Assembly: GCA_037138055.1 (NCBI GenBank) | Contig: JBAXJB010000004.1 | Location: 9,297 to 73,296 of the forward strand | Reading direction: 5' to 3' | DNA from: Alphaproteobacteria bacterium | GTDB taxonomy: Bacteria; Pseudomonadota; Alphaproteobacteria; Paracaedibacterales; CAITNM01 | Length of the DNA stretch: 64,000 nt | In this document: positions 1-8,895 of the stretch, piece by piece | Layout of the letters: each line of letters begins with the position of its first letter | Numbering within the stretch: the stretch's first letter is position 1 | The notes under the pieces: model-generated | The model's input: the letters and a program-made list of their open reading frames with translations, nothing else | Told to the model about the DNA's origin: nothing | The model's database searches: none | Made by a program: the position numbers and the translations under genes

Positions 1-36
1 TATGAGAATTGATACCAGATAATAAAAATCCACCTT

Positions 37-143
37 TTTAAGGAAATATTTTTTATGAATAAAATAAAAAACCTCACTCTTCTGAAAAAGTTAATGTTGC
101 TTTTGGTGGTTGCAGTCAGTTTAAATGTTTATGCGACGGATGA
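37..143 (+). repeat. Copy A of a duplicated 5' module (RBS, start codon and signal-peptide coding region).
   Basis: My hand alignment to 807..913 at a constant offset of 770 nt gives about 92 of 107 identical positions. The ATG at 55 aligns with the ATG at 825. Confidence 0.8.
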
Positions 144-398
144 AGGTTATGATTCTGAGAGTGATTTTGATAATGAGCGGCAGACATTTCAGCCCCCACA
201 AGCTAGTACTCAACAAAATCTGTCAGAAGAAAACTGGAGAGCTTATAAAAGAACGCTTTTAGCCTATGTGCCTATGTGCCTATAACCTTAGCTTGTTTCA
301 ACGCTTATTATACAACTAACCACACGTTTTTTCTTTTCGGAGCTATTTTTGTACCAACTTCCGCAGCTCATCTTGCTTACTACGAGCACATGGAATGA
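55..398 (+). pseudogene. Small Sec-signal protein whose frame is broken by an 8-bp tandem duplication. The ORF as given is 55..285; the frame runs on to 398 if one copy is removed.
   Basis: The N-terminus MNKIKNLTLLKKLMLLLVVAVSLNVYA is signal-peptide-like. cctatgtg occurs twice in tandem at 263-278, just before the stop. Deleting one copy extends the ORF through a hydrophobic segment (TFFLFGAIFVPTSAAHLAYY) to a TGA at 396-398. Confidence 0.35.
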
Positions 399-806
399 AA
401 TTATCGTGCTAAACATTTATAAATGAAACTCCACGGGGCAAGCCCCGTGGTATATTCTGTTAAAAGCAATCTTGCCCCCTATCTTCGTGACCCTGTATTT
501 CTATATATTTGCGAATCATTTCTTCTTTCAAACCCACGAGACAAGATAGATGCTACGTGGTTTGACAAGTGACCTATAAATGATTTCATGCATAGTCTGT
601 ACGGTAAAGCTTATCATCTCTCTTTTTTTTCAATACAGATTTTATTTTAGATCCATACCCGTGTTTTTACCGGATAGACAAATTAATTAATAATCGCTAT
701 ATGTGTTAAGTAATTTAATAAATGCATATATAATTACTGTTTGTTAATTTATATTATTAAAGTGATAAACATTATGAACAATAAAAATATAATAGAAACT
801 CACATA

Positions 807-913
807 TTTAAGGAGATATTTTTTATGAATAAAACAAAAAAACACACTGTTCTGAAAAAGGCAATGTTGCTTTTGGTAATTGCAGTAAATTTAAATATTT
901 ATGCCGCAGATGA
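807..913 (+). repeat. Copy B of the duplicated 5' module.
   Basis: See copy A. An aggag RBS at 811-815 precedes the ATG at 825. Confidence 0.8.
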
Positions 914-1766
914 TACAGAGGCACTTGATCACAGCAGACCTCTTCCATACACAGAAGTGGAGGAAGGTTTTAGTAATGACACAGAAGGTTCAAAAAACGC
1001 ACTGCTTTTTTTTAATGGATTAGATAAATTGCAAAGTCGAAGCACACTCCTTAGCAAGCTAAAGGGGCTTTTCCTTACTTATAAAATAGGTGATCCTGAA
1101 GTCGCTATGTTGGGGCGTTTCGCTTTACAGCTTGAAAAATACGACCAGTATCGTTCCTTTCTTAAAATTGAAAATCTTATTGCATGTGCAAATAGAATAT
1201 CCCCAGAAACTAGGAGGGAATTATTAAATTGCCCAAAAACATCAAACCTAATTATGAATTTTTTTCATGCTCAGTTAGAACCCTTTTCAAGCGTAACTTT
1301 TTTTAAAGATGCTGCAGAGGACGCTGCCTTATATGAGTATGAGACGTTCAGTAATACTTTTTTTGAAACACTTTTTTATGCATCTTATAATACAGAGACA
1401 AGTGAGTATGATGATGAAAGATTGAATGATTGGTTCGTGAACATCGTCACTCAACTAAGTGAAATAGATGAAGTGGAACTTGGATTACTTATTTCTCAAT
1501 TAAAACAAGTTCTAAGCTATGAAGCCACTTTTTACAATTCAGATCCTGCTGTTGATTTAACTGATGAAGAAAGTGAACATTCGCCTAGTGCTCTTTATAA
1601 GCTAAATCGTTTTGGAGAACATATAGATGAAACAATAAGATGGTTTATAAAAAAGGAAAAAACAGAACGTTCCCAAATACTAAAGGAACATTCTGAAAAG
1701 CTGGAAAATAAGATCGCAGAAGCTCAAGAACGTGCTAGGGGTTCAATTTTCAATCCTAATTACTAG
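825..1766 (+). CDS. Secreted hypothetical protein, predicted helical and acidic, with no domain recognised.
   Basis: The track ORF is 741..1766. The internal ATG at 825 has an aggag RBS and aligns with the start of the paralogous module at 55. The signal peptide is MNKTKKHTVLKKAMLLLVIAVNLNIYA. Confidence 0.6.
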   Translation: MNKTKKHTVLKKAMLLLVIAVNLNIYAADDTEALDHSRPLPYTEVEEGFSNDTEGSKNALLFFNGLDKLQSRSTLLSKLKGLFLTYKIGDPEVAMLGRFALQLEKYDQYRSFLKIENLIACANRISPETRRELLNCPKTSNLIMNFFHAQLEPFSSVTFFKDAAEDAALYEYETFSNTFFETLFYASYNTETSEYDDERLNDWFVNIVTQLSEIDEVELGLLISQLKQVLSYEATFYNSDPAVDLTDEESEHSPSALYKLNRFGEHIDETIRWFIKKEKTERSQILKEHSEKLENKIAEAQERARGSIFNPNY

Positions 1767-1775
1767 ATATGATAT

Positions 1776-1813
1776 TTAAGAGAGTTGAATACAGCGCTAT
1801 TTAGCTCTCTTAA
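1776..1813. terminator. Candidate bidirectional hairpin between convergent genes.
   Basis: ttaagagag (1776-1784) pairs with ctctcttaa (1805-1813), with inner aata/tatt pairing. It lies between the 1766 stop (+) and the 1847 stop (-). There is no clean T-tract. Confidence 0.35.
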
Positions 1814-1846
1814 TAATATAAAGCAAAAACTCTCACGTTTCATTTA

Positions 1847-3088
1847 CTAGGCCTCAAACAACTTGATGCTAGAAGCAGAATCAGCTTTTGATCGTTCACC
1901 CAAAATTGTATGTGAACGAAATTTGTAAATGGCGATTAAGCATAAAAAAATACTAGCGCTATACACGCACCAACCAATGCCAGAAAACCTTTTTTGAAGG
2001 GCCAATTGTTGTTCACAAAACGCAAGCACGGTGCAACCACTAAAGCCCAGCATGAACCAGAACATGGTATCTGAAAAGCTTGGAAAGTTTTTATACAGTC
2101 TGTGCAAAACAACTAAAACTGGTGCAATAAAGAGAGCAGAAAAGAAGGAAAATAGGAGTTGCTGCACAACGTACATAGTGGAAGTGGGGCTGGCCAAAAT
2201 AGCATTCATCCCCAAAATGAACAACATTCCAAGAGAGATTCTTGCTGTTTTATACAGACCAAATTTCTCGCATAATTTTGCGGCAGGAAACAGAAACAAG
2301 CCACAAAGTGTGTAGTACACAACGCTACCTAAATCAAAATTAGCATCAACTATGTTAATGTTTACAGAATAATAGCTCACGAAGAAATGGTGATAAAAAA
2401 CCCCGGTTGCGCACGCAGCGCCAAATAAAGTGCTTAGAATTTTTAGTTGGAATGACATCGGTGATTTTTTTTGAGTGGTTGCTATTAGAGACGTAGAATT
2501 TTTTGCTAGATTACTATAAATACCCCATGAAAGTGCTGTCGAGATCAAGGGCAATACATACCAAAACTCCATAAGAGCTGAAGGAAGGTATATTAAATGA
2601 TAAGAAGCAGACTTTGCAATAAAAACAGCAGCTATTAATAACGTACTAAATTTATAATGACTGAATGTATCATTGAAATTAAGCAGATATAGACTAGGTA
2701 AAATAAGCGCAGCTGGTTCTAAAAAACAATAAAAAAATCTAAAAAGATAAAATCCACGATTAATTTCGTAGCTAAGCTCATGGGTAAGGCAAAATACTGC
2801 GCACAAAACTGAAAGTACTACAAAGCTCTTTGATACAAAAACAATAGATTTAAAAAAACCAAATTTATCAGCATATTTACCAATAAAATACGCGCCGAAA
2901 ATTCTGCCAAAAACAGTTAATAACATCCAGTAAATAAAAAGAAGCTCATCACTTGCAAAAAAAACATCAACATACCCTTGTGTTTTTTTCAGGTACGCGT
3001 TCAAAAAAGAAATATTCATACTTGCAAAAAGTTGACCAAAAATTGCTAGAAAAATGAAAATCAGCTCTTTTGTTTTCGTGTTCGTCAT
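1847..3088 (-). CDS. MFS-type transporter, about 12 TM segments.
   Basis: The protein is polytopic and hydrophobic. It has an MFS loop-2/3-like motif, GRIFGAYFIGKYADKFG. Confidence 0.65.
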   Translation of the reverse strand: MTNTKTKELIFIFLAIFGQLFASMNISFLNAYLKKTQGYVDVFFASDELLFIYWMLLTVFGRIFGAYFIGKYADKFGFFKSIVFVSKSFVVLSVLCAVFCLTHELSYEINRGFYLFRFFYCFLEPAALILPSLYLLNFNDTFSHYKFSTLLIAAVFIAKSASYHLIYLPSALMEFWYVLPLISTALSWGIYSNLAKNSTSLIATTQKKSPMSFQLKILSTLFGAACATGVFYHHFFVSYYSVNINIVDANFDLGSVVYYTLCGLFLFPAAKLCEKFGLYKTARISLGMLFILGMNAILASPTSTMYVVQQLLFSFFSALFIAPVLVVLHRLYKNFPSFSDTMFWFMLGFSGCTVLAFCEQQLALQKRFSGIGWCVYSASIFLCLIAIYKFRSHTILGERSKADSASSIKLFEA

Positions 3089-3220
3089 ATATCTTGTTCA
3101 AACAATTTCTTACACTGGAGTAAACCCTTCTGTTACCCGCGCTGTCAAGTAGGACAATCTGTTTTGGCTATCTTGGCAAAATCATGATATGGTGACGCAT
3201 CATTTAAAAATGCATAAAAT

Positions 3221-4132
3221 GTGCACTGCTTAAATCATCATCATGGGCACCTCGTCTTATCTGCAACCTGGGCTGCAATTGCGGTTGCATCTATATTAGT
3301 GGCAACCAAGACATTTGCTTGGTGGGTTAGTGGATCGCTTACTATTCAGGCGTCTCTGCTTGATTCATTTTCAGATTTTTTCAGTTCTATGGTTAACTTT
3401 TTAGCTGTACGCTATTCCAGAAAACCAGCGAATGATGATTTTCGCTTTGGGCATGGCAAAGCAGAAGCTTTGGCTGGATTTATACAATCAATTCTGATCA
3501 TTGCAAGTACAGCTTGGATTGTTTGGCATGCTTATCAACATCATCAAATGGCACAGACAATCACGCATCACGCTCTGGCACTATGGGTAATGGCATTTTC
3601 AACTGTACTTACTTTGGGATTAGTTTTGTTCCAGTTTTATACAATTAAGCGCACCGATTCCATTGCCATTAAGGCCGATTTTTTGCATTATCAAGCCGAC
3701 ATATTATCGAACATTGCAGCAATAGTGGCGCTTGTAGCGCTTTCGTGGTTTGGCGTTGGCTGGATTGATATAGCATTCGGCGTTGGCATCGCTGTGTTTT
3801 TGCTTGTTGGTAGTTGGAGCATTTTAAAGCAAAGCTCTAGTATTCTAATGGATAGAGAACTTGAACCTGCAGTTAGACAAGATATTTTAAAAAACATAGA
3901 GTCTCACCCAAAGGTTATTGAGGCCCACGATTTGCGTACACGTAGCACGGGCCAACAAGACTTTATTCAGGTGCATATTACCCTTGATCCAGAAATTTCA
4001 TTAAATGAAGCACATATCATTAGCGATGAAGTCGAGACGAATTTAAAAAAATCTCATCCAAAATCTGAAATTCTTATTCACCTAGATCCACTAGGTTATA
4101 CCCACTTAGAAGTATTGAAAGCTAAATCATGA
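3221..4132 (+). CDS. Cation diffusion facilitator (CDF) family metal efflux transporter, FieF/YiiP-like.
   Basis: It has six TM segments and the CDF signature region SLLDSFSDFFSS...RFGHGKAEALAG, followed by a C-terminal cytoplasmic domain. The start is GTG. The stop overlaps the next gene (ATGA). Confidence 0.8.
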   Translation: MHCLNHHHGHLVLSATWAAIAVASILVATKTFAWWVSGSLTIQASLLDSFSDFFSSMVNFLAVRYSRKPANDDFRFGHGKAEALAGFIQSILIIASTAWIVWHAYQHHQMAQTITHHALALWVMAFSTVLTLGLVLFQFYTIKRTDSIAIKADFLHYQADILSNIAAIVALVALSWFGVGWIDIAFGVGIAVFLLVGSWSILKQSSSILMDRELEPAVRQDILKNIESHPKVIEAHDLRTRSTGQQDFIQVHITLDPEISLNEAHIISDEVETNLKKSHPKSEILIHLDPLGYTHLEVLKAKS

Positions 4133-5379
4133 CACCAGCAGGCCAGTTACACAGCGTTATAGAACTTGTGGAAACGATTCTATCATTAAATAAAAAACCC
4201 GCAGATGCGGTAATGCAAAGCTATTTTCGTAATCGCCGTTATATTGGCAGCTCCGATCGACGCGCTATTGGTGATAGTGTTTATAGCGTACTTAGAAATT
4301 ATCAAGGCATTAAGGCGGCGCTTGCCATTACTTCTGCGCGACTTTTGGTTTTTGGTCATTATATTTTAGATAAAGAACAAACAATTGATGACATTCAGGA
4401 ATTGTGTGGCGAAGGGTATGGCCCATCCGAACTTTCTTATGAAGAATTGCAAATTTTGGGCGAATTAAAACCATATGATCCATATGCAATACCAAAGTGG
4501 TTGGAAGAACACTTAAGCGACAAAGAACTGATTAAAAGCTTGCATGATCAAGCACCAATGGATATTCGAATCAATTCTTTGAAAAACAACCGCGACGCAA
4601 TTCTTACCCTATTAAAGCTAGAAGGATTTGATGTAGAGGCCACACCACTGAGCCCGCTTGGTATTCGTTTTGGAAAGCGTCAGCCGTTGAATACACATGA
4701 GCTTTGGGAAGATGGTACGTTAGAAGTTCAAGACGAAGCATCTCAGGTAGTAAGCTTACTGTGTAATGCACAGCCGGGCATGCAGGTTTTAGACTATTGC
4801 GCGGGCGCTGGTGGGAAGTCTCTTAGTCTTGCAGCAACCATGCAAAACAAAGGCAACCTTATTTTAAGTGATATTCATCCTCACCGGTTACAGCGCGCAA
4901 AAGAACGTTTGCGTCGCGCAGGCGTTACTAGTTATCAGCTGAAAGACATTGCAAAAGATAATAGCTGGTTCAAAAGACAACATAATCGTTTTGATCGCGT
5001 GTTGGTAGATGCACCCTGTACAGGAACAGGCACATGGCGCCGCAACCCAGATTTAAAGAATCGCCTAACATCAACAGACCTTGAAGAACTAACGCAGTTA
5101 CAGCAAAAAATTCTTGAGCAAGCGCTGCAGTTTGTAAAACCAGGCGGTCAACTTATTTATGTAACATGTTCAGTGCTTGAGGCGGAAAACAATAGCCAAG
5201 TTACATGGTTGTTGGAAAAACACCCTGAATTTAAATCTATTCCGGTTTCAGATGTGTGGAGCAAGACTCTAAAAGTTCCCTGTCCTTTTGCTACGGATAC
5301 TGCTCAGTTCAAGCCAAGCACTCATGGAACAGATGGTTTCTTTGTTAGCATATTTGAGCGAAAAAATAAGGAAGCGTAA
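4129..5379 (+). CDS. RsmB/NOP-family SAM-dependent RNA (m5C) methyltransferase.
   Basis: It has a SAM-binding motif (VLDYCAGAGGKS) and the catalytic motifs DAPCTGTGTWRRNPD and TCS. Confidence 0.8.
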   Translation: MTPAGQLHSVIELVETILSLNKKPADAVMQSYFRNRRYIGSSDRRAIGDSVYSVLRNYQGIKAALAITSARLLVFGHYILDKEQTIDDIQELCGEGYGPSELSYEELQILGELKPYDPYAIPKWLEEHLSDKELIKSLHDQAPMDIRINSLKNNRDAILTLLKLEGFDVEATPLSPLGIRFGKRQPLNTHELWEDGTLEVQDEASQVVSLLCNAQPGMQVLDYCAGAGGKSLSLAATMQNKGNLILSDIHPHRLQRAKERLRRAGVTSYQLKDIAKDNSWFKRQHNRFDRVLVDAPCTGTGTWRRNPDLKNRLTSTDLEELTQLQQKILEQALQFVKPGGQLIYVTCSVLEAENNSQVTWLLEKHPEFKSIPVSDVWSKTLKVPCPFATDTAQFKPSTHGTDGFFVSIFERKNKEA

Positions 5380-6008
5380 TGGATCTTTTTACTTACTTCA
5401 GGTCAACCGCAAGTTACAGAGTCCGCTTAGTGATGGCATATAAAGGCAGTGCATATGTACCTCATTACGTAAATCTACGCACCAATGAACAAAATCAAGA
5501 GTATAAAAACATCAATGCATTTGGTTTAGTGCCCACTTTAAGCACCGAACAAGGAACAACTCCACAGTCTTTAGCGATTATTGAATATTTGGAAAAACTG
5601 CACCCTGCCCCAGCGCTTTGGCTGACTGACCCCTTTCAACAAGCGCAAGCTATGTCAATTGCACAAGTTATTTGTTGTGATATTCATCCGCTTAATAATC
5701 TACGAGTGTTAAAATATTTAACTGATACATTAGGCATTACGGAAGAACAAAAAAGCGCTTGGTATCATCATTGGGTGCACGAAGGCTTTAAACCTTTAGA
5801 AAAGCAGTTGACTGAAACATCAGGTGTATTTTGTGTGAAAGACCAGCTTTCAATTGCAGATATTTGTCTTATTCCCCAGGTTTATAATGCGAATCGTTTT
5901 GGAGTAGACCTTTCTGGCTATCCTATTATTCGCCGCATTAATGAAGCAGTGCTTGACCTTCATTGGACAAAAGCAGCAACGCCTGAAGCACAGGAAGATG
6001 CTTGCTAA
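5379..6008 (+). CDS. maiA: Maleylacetoacetate isomerase / glutathione S-transferase zeta.
   Basis: The N-terminus LFTYFRSTASYRVRLVMAYKG...FGLVPTL and overall GST fold length fit this family. The start overlaps the upstream stop (TAATG). Confidence 0.7.
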   Translation: MDLFTYFRSTASYRVRLVMAYKGSAYVPHYVNLRTNEQNQEYKNINAFGLVPTLSTEQGTTPQSLAIIEYLEKLHPAPALWLTDPFQQAQAMSIAQVICCDIHPLNNLRVLKYLTDTLGITEEQKSAWYHHWVHEGFKPLEKQLTETSGVFCVKDQLSIADICLIPQVYNANRFGVDLSGYPIIRRINEAVLDLHWTKAATPEAQEDAC

Positions 6009-6168
6009 GCCACAAATCTCACCAGGCAAGTGATTTTTACTAGAAAATCTAAATTAATCAGATCACTTAACAAAAATTTGGAAATTGTTCCTTTTGTAAA
6101 GATTTTTTTAATACTTTTATAGGCATTATTAAAACTCATTAGTTTTAATCGCTTCAAAGGTAATAAAT

Positions 6169-6672
6169 ATGCAAAAAGTAATAATATTTTTAATGGTATC
6201 AATTCACGTAACTTTTTCTAGTTTAATGAGTTCAGTCTACATAGCTGAAGATTTCACGTTTACAGAATCAGATCGCTTTGCACTAAGAAAAGCCTACAGA
6301 GATACAGAAAATGATAAAATATCGTTTAGAGGACCAAAAATAAATCGACAAGATTTTTATGGAAAAACAGTTTTATATTCTGCTTGCGAATTTGGCAGAA
6401 CCAGCGTTGCGCTATTTCTTTTAAAGGAATTTAATGCTGACATTAACATACTGGCTGACAATGGGCTAACGCCATTACTTGTTGCGTGTTTTAAAGGCCA
6501 TATTGATGTTGTAAAACTACTTTTGTGTTGGAAAGTTGATTTCATAGAAGACGCCATGCATATAGCAAAAAAGAGAAAATATTCAAAAATACTATCTCTT
6601 TTAACAAATGAAGATGAATTAAATGATCGCGGAAAAACGTCCCCCAAATCTGTATTGGAAGTCATAAGCTAG
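6169..6672 (+). CDS. Ankyrin-repeat protein with an N-terminal hydrophobic signal-like segment.
   Basis: There are two clear ANK repeats: GKTVLYSACEFGRTSVALFLLKEFNADIN and NGLTPLLVACFKGHIDVVKLLL. Confidence 0.75.
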   Translation: MQKVIIFLMVSIHVTFSSLMSSVYIAEDFTFTESDRFALRKAYRDTENDKISFRGPKINRQDFYGKTVLYSACEFGRTSVALFLLKEFNADINILADNGLTPLLVACFKGHIDVVKLLLCWKVDFIEDAMHIAKKRKYSKILSLLTNEDELNDRGKTSPKSVLEVIS

Positions 6673-7165
6673 TATCACCGGTTCTAATTTTTTCCCAAGG
6701 GAAAGCTGGTCCAGGATCAGTTTTTCGCCCTGGGGCAATATCTTCATGGCCAATAATACGATTAAGCGGAATAGGATGTTTTGCCATTAGCTGAGCTAAT
6801 AATTCTTTTAAAGCATTAATCTGAGCATCAGGAAAAATTGGCCATTCGCCGGTTAAAGCATAACCAGCAAGGTAGCCTCCATTTTGAAGTTCAATGCCTA
6901 TGGAAAAATGGTTCACATTATCTTGACCTTCCCAGGAACTGGGGCCCGCATGCCATGCGCGTTTTTCATCATCAACCAATTGATAAATCGTACCGTCTTC
7001 ATCGATAGCATAATGACTGCTAACCTCACGTTTAGGATCAGTTAGAATTTGCAGAGCTTCTTCCATAGTTGCTACATCTGTATAGTGCAACACTACACAG
7101 TCTATTTTTGCACCATCGGGACGATCATTAAAATTAGGCGAAGGATAGGGAATAATTTTCAGCAT
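6662..7165 (-). CDS. ampD: AmpD-type N-acetylmuramoyl-L-alanine amidase (amidase_2).
   Basis: Motifs VVLHYTD, SSHYAIDEDG, AWHAG, IGIELQN and GHEDIAPGRKTDPGPAFPW are present. The track ORF extends to 7216, but MLKIIPY at 7165 fits the family N-terminus better. Confidence 0.75.
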   Translation of the reverse strand: MLKIIPYPSPNFNDRPDGAKIDCVVLHYTDVATMEEALQILTDPKREVSSHYAIDEDGTIYQLVDDEKRAWHAGPSSWEGQDNVNHFSIGIELQNGGYLAGYALTGEWPIFPDAQINALKELLAQLMAKHPIPLNRIIGHEDIAPGRKTDPGPAFPWEKIRTGDTSL

Positions 7166-7235
7166 CAATTTTTCCGTTGTTCTTTTATACACAAATGCGG
7201 CACAATGGGCTCGCATGTTTATTTAGAGGTATTTT

Positions 7236-8057
7236 ATGATTTTCGTCAAAGTTTTATGGTCATTGTTAATAAACCTTGATCTTATTGTTATTACACTGCT
7301 TGTATTTGGAACGATGCGTAAGTTGTGTAATAAAACTTGTTCTATGCAAAAACCTGTAATGAGCGCCGCAGCAATTTTGCTAATATTCATGATGGGTGAT
7401 TTTCCATTTAGTGGACGTTATATTTTAAGGCACCTAGAAGAAAAAATTCCAGTTACTCAGCTTCCGCGCAATGTTCACGGCATAGTGATTACTGGTGGTT
7501 CTTTATGCTTATTTGAAACAGAAGTTAGTGGTTCAGCTGTTTATCATAAAACAGCAGGAAGACTTTTTGACGCTTTAAAAGTGTCCCATTCACATCCATA
7601 TGCAGAAATTGTTTTTGCTGGTTCAAAATTAGAAAGCGATGAATTTCTAAAGCTCGCGACTTCTCTTGGGGTTTCTCATAAAAGAATTAAGACCGTCAGT
7701 AATGAAAAATTAAGTTCTTTGGAAGCTGTAGCGGAAGAAGCATCAAAACTTATAGGCAATACAAAACATAAAAAATGGCTATTGATAACATCTGCTTACT
7801 TAATGCCACGCACATTAAATATATTCCAATCACACAACTGTGAATTAACTCCCTTCCCTGTTGATTTTCACACGATTGGTCATGCCCATGATAAAAAACC
7901 TGCTGGCTACTTAACAAGACTAGCTATGAGTTTTCAAGACCGTTTAGGGTTCGTTGCTTGGAACATTGCATGGAGAGAAATAGCCGGACTATGCAACCTG
8001 CGATTAAGCGGAAAAACAAAAACCTTATTCCCAAAAATTGATGCACCCAAAGTATAA
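7236..8057 (+). CDS. DUF218 (YdcF/ElyC-like) membrane-anchored protein.
   Basis: N-terminal TM segments are followed by a GIVITGGS-type DUF218 core. Confidence 0.6.
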   Translation: MIFVKVLWSLLINLDLIVITLLVFGTMRKLCNKTCSMQKPVMSAAAILLIFMMGDFPFSGRYILRHLEEKIPVTQLPRNVHGIVITGGSLCLFETEVSGSAVYHKTAGRLFDALKVSHSHPYAEIVFAGSKLESDEFLKLATSLGVSHKRIKTVSNEKLSSLEAVAEEASKLIGNTKHKKWLLITSAYLMPRTLNIFQSHNCELTPFPVDFHTIGHAHDKKPAGYLTRLAMSFQDRLGFVAWNIAWREIAGLCNLRLSGKTKTLFPKIDAPKV

Positions 8058-8895
8058 GGGTTTACTGTGGATATTGGGGTGGTGTGTAACCTTTACTTGC
8101 GGGGTAACCACCTCAAAATTTTTGAGTGGCAGCACAAATAATTTTACATTATTTTGTGTGCGCTACCTTTTTGGCATGTTGTTTTTTTTACCTGTTTTTT
8201 TGCCGAAATTATCAAGCCTCAACAAGTTACAAGCTTCCGTATGGTTACATATAACTAGGGCTTTGTGTATTGGAGCATCAACACTTTTAACCTATCAGAC
8301 TTACCGTAATCTTCCATTAGCAATCGCAACTAGCGTAGGCTTTACAGGACCGTTGCTAGCATCATCTTTTGGTATGTTATTTTTAAAAGAAAAGCTTAGT
8401 CAGCCTAAAATATTGGCGCTTGTTTTGGGGTACTTAGGTGTGCTGTTCATTGTGCAACCAAGGTATATAAATTTAGATATGCACTATATATTTACGGGGT
8501 TGGGCGCTTGTATTTTAGCGAGCTCTGCAAATACACTAGCCAGAAAACTTAGCAACAAAGATTCAGCAATCTTAATTATGCTTACATCCACTCTTATTTT
8601 GGGTAGCATTGCATTTGTTGGCTTTTGTATATCGAATGAACCAATTCACAACGCAGATTTACTGTTATTAATTGCCGTTGGTATATTTGGTTCGCTTTCA
8701 CAATTTGCTTATATCAAAGCGGTAAGTTTTGCTGAAGTCAGTTTTATATCACCCTTTGAATACACCAGGCTTTTATTGGCTGTTCCTGTTGGGTATTTTG
8801 TGTTTGGAGAGTCAGTGAATCTTGGGCAGGCATTTGGAATGCTGCTGATTGTTGCAGGTTGCTTATACCTTTCTGGTAAGAAAGTCGCTAACTAA
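8038..8895 (+). CDS. EamA/DMT family transporter.
   Basis: The protein is about 10 TM segments with two EamA-like halves. Confidence 0.7.
   Translation: MMHPKYKGLLWILGWCVTFTCGVTTSKFLSGSTNNFTLFCVRYLFGMLFFLPVFLPKLSSLNKLQASVWLHITRALCIGASTLLTYQTYRNLPLAIATSVGFTGPLLASSFGMLFLKEKLSQPKILALVLGYLGVLFIVQPRYINLDMHYIFTGLGACILASSANTLARKLSNKDSAILIMLTSTLILGSIAFVGFCISNEPIHNADLLLLIAVGIFGSLSQFAYIKAVSFAEVSFISPFEYTRLLLAVPVGYFVFGESVNLGQAFGMLLIVAGCLYLSGKKVAN

Noticed and set aside
741-824. The N-terminal extension of the secreted protein (MLIYIIKVINIMNNKNIIETHIFKEIFF).
   Set aside because: The region aligns at nucleotide level with the untranslated leader of the paralogous module at 20..54. An aggag RBS precedes the ATG at 825.
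2031-2315. A 94-aa ORF antisense within the MFS gene, plus similar nested ORFs (3691-3897, 6357-6665, 14111-14365, 15851-16171, 20351-21204, 28556-28870, 54061-54405 and others).
   Set aside because: All are embedded antisense or out of frame within longer ORFs that have recognisable family motifs, and none has distinctive features.
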